The notes under the pieces are model-generated. The model searched no databases. It worked only from the letters and a program-made list of their open reading frames with translations, and was not told the DNA's origin. A program made the position numbers and the translations under genes. From Cyanobacteria bacterium P01_A01_bin.123 (lineage in GTDB: Bacteria > Cyanobacteriota > Cyanobacteriia > Phormidesmidales > Phormidesmidaceae), in contig JBCBZT010000011.1 of the NCBI GenBank assembly GCA_039815185.1, positions 64,001-128,000 of the forward strand: 64,000 bases of DNA, read 5' to 3'. This document shows positions 58,977 through 64,000 of the stretch, one piece after another (positions within the stretch are counted from its first letter, which is position 1; every line of letters starts with the position of its first letter).

Positions 58977-60707
58977 CTAAGCGTGTTTGGCAGTTTGGTT
59001 AGCAGTATTACCCTTATCTCTTCTGACATTTTTGGCAGTGACTGTTGGTGAAGAAAACTCTGCCATCAATTGGCTGTCTAAGCACTGCAATTTCTTATCT
59101 AAGGCAGCTTTGGATTTTTCACTGATTAATCCAAGTGCATCGGGAGAATGACTTAAATAGGCGGCATAGTCTGCGCTGAGGTAAGCTTCTATGTCTCTTT
59201 TCTCTGGCTTCAAATACCGATCGAAAAAAGCAATGCTGAGGGCTTTCATGGGCGCATCGACTAAAGCATTTGTTCCGGTAGCGGATACTGATTGGGGTGA
59301 CCAATCGATTTCTAAATTCAAGTCACTCACAAAGCGTTGTAAATCTCGAATATGTGACTTGCCCTGCACTAAAGCTAAGTACTGATTAAACCCGGTTAAG
59401 CCTTGAAAGATGCGGATTTGCTCCAGAACGAGTGGGGCTACCATGTCATGTTCCCCTGCTATTAACATAACGGGAACTTGGATTTGGGCTAGGCCCGTTG
59501 TGCCAAAAATCTCGCTGCCCACTGAGTCCAAACAGAGGATGGCCTGAATCCGATGATCTTGGAGTTGGTAGAGCTGTCGTGGCAACACTAGGGCCTGACA
59601 TTGCAACAGCATTGAAAAATTCGGGTCCGGAGTAGGTAATCCACAGGCTTGTGCAAGTCTTTTGAAGTGGATAGTAGCACCGGCTAGGGCAAACGCACTA
59701 TAAGCCCCAAAGGAATGCCCCATGATCCCAACCCGCTCTAGATTGAGCTTACCGGCCCACGCACTTCCAAAACCTTGAGCGAGTTGATCAAGCAAGTAGC
59801 TGATATCTAAGGGACGATCGATGAATGTTGAGAGCTTAAAGACTTCAGCCCTGTCTCCTGATAGCATGCGACGAATCTGTTCAACATCACTACCAGGATG
59901 CTGGGGCGTCACCACAAAGTAACCATAGGAGGCTAAGTGACGCGCATATAAGTCAACGCCATCTGGCTTCGACGCTAAGCCATGGGACTGAACGATGACA
60001 GGGACAGGTTGGAGAGGCCAGGGATCTGGCTCGTAACAGAGCACTTCCAGTGGACAGGTGTCTTCCTCAAGGCAATCGTCCCGTCTCCTGCCTGGTAAAG
60101 TCAGGTGCGATCGCTGTACTGCAAATTCACCCACGGTTCGCAAATCGGGAAAGGTAGCGAAATGTTGTGCGGGAATCAGTTGGGCCTCTGCCTTTGACAA
60201 CTGGTGAATGGTTTCTGTTGCGATTCGAGTCGCCTCAATCAACCATTCGACGCGTTTTGCCGTGAATAGCAGTTGATCCAGGTTGAATTGCAGCGTTTCG
60301 GGAAAATGACGTAATGCGCTAAGTAATGACAATCCCGCTGGATCCGCTGCCATCTGCACCAAGAGCTCTCTAAGAGACTGTTTGGGATTGTGATGACTCG
60401 GCCATTTGAAAAAGCGTTCAACCCAGTCCAACCATAGCTCTCCTATCGAAGTATGAAAAAAACGATAGAGCTGTTTGGGATTCAGGCTCAGGCGAGTTTG
60501 CAGAACACGCTGACACCTTGCCTGTAGAGCTGCATTACTACCTTCCAAGTAAAGCTCACAGGTTTTTTGAGCTACACGGGGCAGTTTTTGAGCTACGAGA
60601 AGCCCTTTAACTTTTCGCAGGAACCGGATAAATGGAGCAATGACAGTATTTCTGGGTCGCTTGGCGGGAGACAAAAGATTAGGTGGGCGTGAGGGTGCAT
60701 TAGTCAT
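58977..60707 (-). CDS. DUF1400-type alpha/beta hydrolase
   Basis: SHGLAS, QHPGSD, DRPLDISYLLD, GHSFG, LQCQAL. Confidence 0.85.
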   Translation of the reverse strand: MTNAPSRPPNLLSPAKRPRNTVIAPFIRFLRKVKGLLVAQKLPRVAQKTCELYLEGSNAALQARCQRVLQTRLSLNPKQLYRFFHTSIGELWLDWVERFFKWPSHHNPKQSLRELLVQMAADPAGLSLLSALRHFPETLQFNLDQLLFTAKRVEWLIEATRIATETIHQLSKAEAQLIPAQHFATFPDLRTVGEFAVQRSHLTLPGRRRDDCLEEDTCPLEVLCYEPDPWPLQPVPVIVQSHGLASKPDGVDLYARHLASYGYFVVTPQHPGSDVEQIRRMLSGDRAEVFKLSTFIDRPLDISYLLDQLAQGFGSAWAGKLNLERVGIMGHSFGAYSAFALAGATIHFKRLAQACGLPTPDPNFSMLLQCQALVLPRQLYQLQDHRIQAILCLDSVGSEIFGTTGLAQIQVPVMLIAGEHDMVAPLVLEQIRIFQGLTGFNQYLALVQGKSHIRDLQRFVSDLNLEIDWSPQSVSATGTNALVDAPMKALSIAFFDRYLKPEKRDIEAYLSADYAAYLSHSPDALGLISEKSKAALDKKLQCLDSQLMAEFSSPTVTAKNVRRDKGNTANQTAKHA

Positions 60708-60935
60708 GGCACACAACCTCTAACGAGACAACATGACGTTGTCTACTCCGCTCCCTTCAAATCTATGATGACTTACAGGCTTCATAGTTGTGGAGAGTTG
60801 GCAACCATTAGCAATAAAGAAGTCAGCGACTCGTCTAATGACTATGCCACGCTCTCTCTAGGAACTTGCCAAGCGGTTTGGCCACCCAACTTACCCACCT
60901 TTGTAAAGTATCAATGTCCCCGTTGATAGACCGTT

Positions 60936-61064
60936 TCACCCCGTTGACATTTTGGCTTGACGGGCATAGCGACGATCGACATGGCCAATTTCATAGGCAG
61001 AGAAAGTTGCCATGCCGTGGGAGTGCGATCGCAGCTCGTCGGTAGCGTAGCCAAGCATTTCAGC
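60936..61064 (-). pseudogene. Remnant of an elongation factor G C-terminus (domain V)
   Basis: AEMLGYATDELRSHSHGMATFS resembles EF-G AEMFGYATDLRSxTQGRATFS. Confidence 0.5.
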
Positions 61065-61135
61065 ATCTTTCACTATTACCAAGCTTTAAGCGGGCAGGCC
61101 TTTAAATTTGTCTGATGTAGAATTCTTGATTGAAG

Positions 61136-61207
61136 AGTTTAGATGAACAATATGAGGAACTTGTGAACATCACTGACCACAAGTTCCTCATATTGTTTTC
61201 TTAGTAT
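61136..61207. promoter_or_regulatory. Back-to-back regulon promoters forming a perfect 20-bp inverted repeat
   Basis: Minus strand TTCACAAGTTCCTCA-N11-TAAACT; plus strand ACCACAAGTTCCTCA-N11-TAGTAT; IR at 61146-61165 and 61178-61197. Confidence 0.7.
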
Positions 61208-61304
61208 TAATTATAGCTACTTAGAGCTGAATGCCATAAGGTAAATTTTCCGTTGGAAATTTTGCTTGAATTGTTTCTAACTGTATCTTTCTAACAGGAG
61301 TTAG

Positions 61305-61735
61305 ATGATGCTAAGACGTTTTTTAAGTTTATGTATAGGATTGGGTTTATTGATTGTCTGCTGGACTGGGCTGGGATTTGATCAACCTGCAAGTGCTCAG
61401 ATATTGGCAAGCGCACACTTTGATAATCAGCCTATCCTCGCTGAGGTATGACGTAACCCTGTGGATAAGCACCTGACTGAAGTTGGCTCAAAGATTGACC
61501 TGAAAAACTCGAATGTAGGTGCCTTTACACAATATCGAGGATTATACCCAACATTGGCACAGAAAATCATTAGGATGCTCCCTTCAATACAGTCGAAGAT
61601 ATCCTCAATATCCCAGGATTAAGTGATAGCGAGCTTAATATTCTTAAAGCCAATTTGGATCATTTTGTAGTGAATCCACCTGAACCAGCCTTGGTTGAAG
61701 GGGGCGATCGCATTAATCCTGGCATTTACAAATAG
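61305..61735 (+). pseudogene. psbU: Photosystem II 12-kDa extrinsic protein pseudogene
   Basis: [31 protein letters not shown] and [16 protein letters not shown]...EGGDRINPGIYK lie in different frames; in-frame TGA at 61449-61451; frameshifts in the signal peptide and near 61573. Confidence 0.88.
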
Positions 61736-61879
61736 ACCTTTTCCCACTCTGAATTCACAGTTTTCCCTGTCGGAATATAGAGCCTTATCCTCCTGGTCAA
61801 GGATTCTAGATCGGATGTAGTTTAGGGCTGGGTTCATATCAACTTATACCGTCATCGATTTGTAGCATTGGAGGTAATT

Positions 61880-62842
61880 ATGAAAAAAATTCAATTGAGC
61901 CAAACAGGAGTAGAAGTCAGTTGTTTAGCTTTAGGAACGCTGCGCTTTGGCACCCTCAACACATACGAAGAATCAGCCCAGTTAATGGATCTTTACTGTG
62001 AAGCAGGGGGCATATTTATTGATACTGGCAATAGCTATAACCAATGGAGTGCTGGTGGCAAGGGCGGCGAAAGCGAAGTTGTGATTGGGCGCTGGCTTCG
62101 AGAACGGGGAAATCGAGAGGATCTCTTCATTGCCAGCAAAGTTGGGTTTGGTTACGAGAATGTCCCCGATGGGCTGGCCGCATCCACCATTATTTCAGAA
62201 TGCGATCAAAGTCTGAGGCGGTTGGGTATCGATCATCTGGATCTGTACTATGCCCATAAAGATGACCCGAACACGCCCTTAGAAGAAACCCTCACAGCGT
62301 TTCACCAGTTGGTGAAAGCGGGTAAGGTACGGTTTGTTGGGGCGAGCAATTATCGTGCTTGGCGGTTAGTAGATGCCGATGCGATCGCCGTCGCACAAGG
62401 TTGGGCCGGGTTTACCTGCATCGAACAGCGGTTTACCTACCTGCGCCCCAATCCTGGTGCCGACTTTGGCGTTCAACGCTTAATCAATGCAGATCTGATG
62501 AGCTATTGCGATGCCCGGGGCAAAACGATGCTGCCTTACACCCCGCTCCTGCGAGGCGCTTACGTTCGTCCTGATCGGCCTGTCCCCGCGACCTATGTTG
62601 GCCCTGATATGGATGCTCGGATGGCGGCCTTAAGGGAAGTCGCTCAGGAACTTGACGCAACCTTAAACCAGATGGTGTTGGCTTGGATGATGCATCGTCA
62701 ACCACCCCTGCTGCCTGCTTTTTCCGGTGGTAAACCCGAGCACATGCGAGAAAATCTGGGGGCGCTAAATCTAACACTCTCTCCTGAGCAGATGGCCAAA
62801 CTCAACAATGCAGGCCACTGTGTGAATGAGGAACCCAACTAA
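61880..62842 (+). CDS. Aldo/keto reductase
   Basis: FIDTGNSY, ASK, SLRRLGIDHLDLYYAH, GKVRFVGASN. Confidence 0.94.
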   Translation: MKKIQLSQTGVEVSCLALGTLRFGTLNTYEESAQLMDLYCEAGGIFIDTGNSYNQWSAGGKGGESEVVIGRWLRERGNREDLFIASKVGFGYENVPDGLAASTIISECDQSLRRLGIDHLDLYYAHKDDPNTPLEETLTAFHQLVKAGKVRFVGASNYRAWRLVDADAIAVAQGWAGFTCIEQRFTYLRPNPGADFGVQRLINADLMSYCDARGKTMLPYTPLLRGAYVRPDRPVPATYVGPDMDARMAALREVAQELDATLNQMVLAWMMHRQPPLLPAFSGGKPEHMRENLGALNLTLSPEQMAKLNNAGHCVNEEPN

Positions 62843-62870
62843 GGGAACTGCACGGAAGTAACCTACCAAA

Positions 62871-62893
62871 GGGGTTTGGTATTGCCAAACCCC
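62871..62893. terminator. Hairpin between convergent genes
   Basis: GGGGTTTGGT-ATT-GCCAAACCCC. Confidence 0.5.
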
Positions 62894-63039
62894 ACAGTAG
62901 AAAACTGCACTATTGATAGCAAGCTGTTTCAGCAGGACTTTATCAAGCTGATTCAGCAGATGACTGTCCTAAAGCATCTACGGCTTGAGGCATCAAAAAC
63001 ACTTCTCCTTTTTAGCAATTTCTAGACCAGTAGCCTTCC

Positions 63040-63759
63040 CTAGACAACAACCGTAGCTCGCCCACAAAGTTCATTCGCAGGGACAGCTTCCATCATCTTT
63101 TTGGGATTCGGCAGGTTGAGATCGGTCATAAACTTGATAAAGCTTTGGCGATCGCGCAAGCCCTGATCCGTTGCTTCAAGATTGACAAACCGGGGGTTCC
63201 ATCGCTTTTCTTCACCAATGGTTGAGACCGTATGACCGCGATAGTCGTGGCCTGGGTAAATCAATGCCGTGTCAGGTAGGGTAAACAGCCGCTGCGTCAC
63301 TGAGTCATACAGCGTACCCGCGTTACCGCTTTGGAAGTCAGTGCGGCCACAGCCCCGAATGAACAACGCATCCCCAGTCAACACCCGATTATCGACCTGA
63401 TAAGCCATGTGGCTGTCGGTGTGTCCAGGGGTAGCAATGGCTTTTAAGGTAATCGCCCCTAATGTCAGATGTTCGCCATCGTCAATGTGGCGGTCGGCAC
63501 AGCTGACTTGGGCATGGCTAGGAACAATACCCAAGCAACCTGTCACAGCGCGTAGCTTATCTGCCCCGATAATATGGTCAGCATGGACGTGGGTTTCAAC
63601 GCAGTAGCGCAGGGCTAGCCCTAACTCTTTGAGGAGTTTAAGATCACGCTCAACTTGTTCCAGCACGGAATCGACCAGAATTGCCGCTTTCGAATCGGTG
63701 TCAGCAATTAGGTAAGTGTATGTACATGACTCTTGGTCAAATAATTGCCGGAATAACAT
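63040..63759 (-). CDS. ETHE1-like persulfide dioxygenase (metallo-beta-lactamase fold)
   Basis: FRQLFD, ETHVHADH, TPGHT, TGDALFIRGCGRTDF, YPGHDY. Confidence 0.9.
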   Translation of the reverse strand: MLFRQLFDQESCTYTYLIADTDSKAAILVDSVLEQVERDLKLLKELGLALRYCVETHVHADHIIGADKLRAVTGCLGIVPSHAQVSCADRHIDDGEHLTLGAITLKAIATPGHTDSHMAYQVDNRVLTGDALFIRGCGRTDFQSGNAGTLYDSVTQRLFTLPDTALIYPGHDYRGHTVSTIGEEKRWNPRFVNLEATDQGLRDRQSFIKFMTDLNLPNPKKMMEAVPANELCGRATVVV

Positions 63760-63815
63760 GAGACTTTCCCCCTTTGCTGCATGACCTGTGAAATGAGTAC
63801 AGGCTATCCATCCCT

Positions 63816-63847
63816 AGACTAGGCAAACAGTTTGAGAAAGTTGTGAG
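63816..63847 (-). promoter_or_regulatory. Direct-repeat box plus -10 (regulon motif)
   Basis: CTCACAACTTTCTCA-N11-TAGTCT. Confidence 0.7.
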
Positions 63848-63869
63848 ATTTAGATCAACCCTTGAGTTT

Positions 63870-63998
63870 TCACGATGGAGACTGCACTTTAGCCATGGTG
63901 TCAATCAACGCTTCAATCGCCTGCAACGCATTGCCACCCCCCCTTTTTGCCAATGCTGAGAGGTTATGCGCTGACGTAAAATCGCTGGCTGGGACTTC
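63870..63998 (-). CDS. Probable 3' end of a gene truncated by the window edge
   Basis: Open frame EVPASDFTSAHNLSALAKRGGGNALQAIEALIDTMAKVQSPS-TGA. Confidence 0.35.
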   Translation of the reverse strand, partial: EVPASDFTSAHNLSALAKRGGGNALQAIEALIDTMAKVQSPS

Positions 63999-64000
63999 GA

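Larger units (their letters stand above)
1..64000. repeat. HIP1 octamer GCGATCGC dispersed throughout
   Basis: Dozens of copies visible in coding and non-coding DNA; a cyanobacterial hallmark. Confidence 0.9.

Overview
Cyanobacterial chromosomal DNA, probably from a filamentous Leptolyngbya/Nodosilinea-like organism. This is inferred from the very frequent HIP1 octamer GCGATCGC, NtcA boxes, Uma2 genes, a psbU remnant and cyanobacterial dispersed repeats. About 50 genes are present, with no rRNA, tRNA, CRISPR or intact transposase recognised. Four things stand out. (1) A promoter signature read directly from the sequence, (C/T)TCA(T/C)-N6-CTCA then exactly 11 nt then TAnnnT, occurs at nine correctly oriented promoters between 29 and 64 kb. 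It sits ahead of nifJ-pfkA-hypD, ftsH, a persulfide dioxygenase and others, suggesting an OmpR/PhoB-type fermentation or low-oxygen regulon. (2) A NACHT/NLR-like gene and its upstream neighbour share a gap-free 23-aa Q/N/G-rich RHIM-like motif, suggesting amyloid-signalling immunity with an unusual N-terminal motif in the partner. (3) An NtcA-boxed gamma-glutamylation pathway (Amt, GS-like ligase, Fe-ADH, ALDH, C26 hydrolase, PhyH) is split by the island carrying that NLR pair. (4) A complete fatty-acid beta-oxidation operon (fadD-fadN-fadA-fadE) follows two lipase-like genes, which is unusual for cyanobacteria. Also present are a 105-bp MITE family, in-frame repeat expansions in PP2C, NifJ and PfkA, and several pseudogene remnants (psbU, EF-G, toxin-antitoxin, Ntn hydrolase). 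All calls come from motif recognition by eye; no database searches were run.
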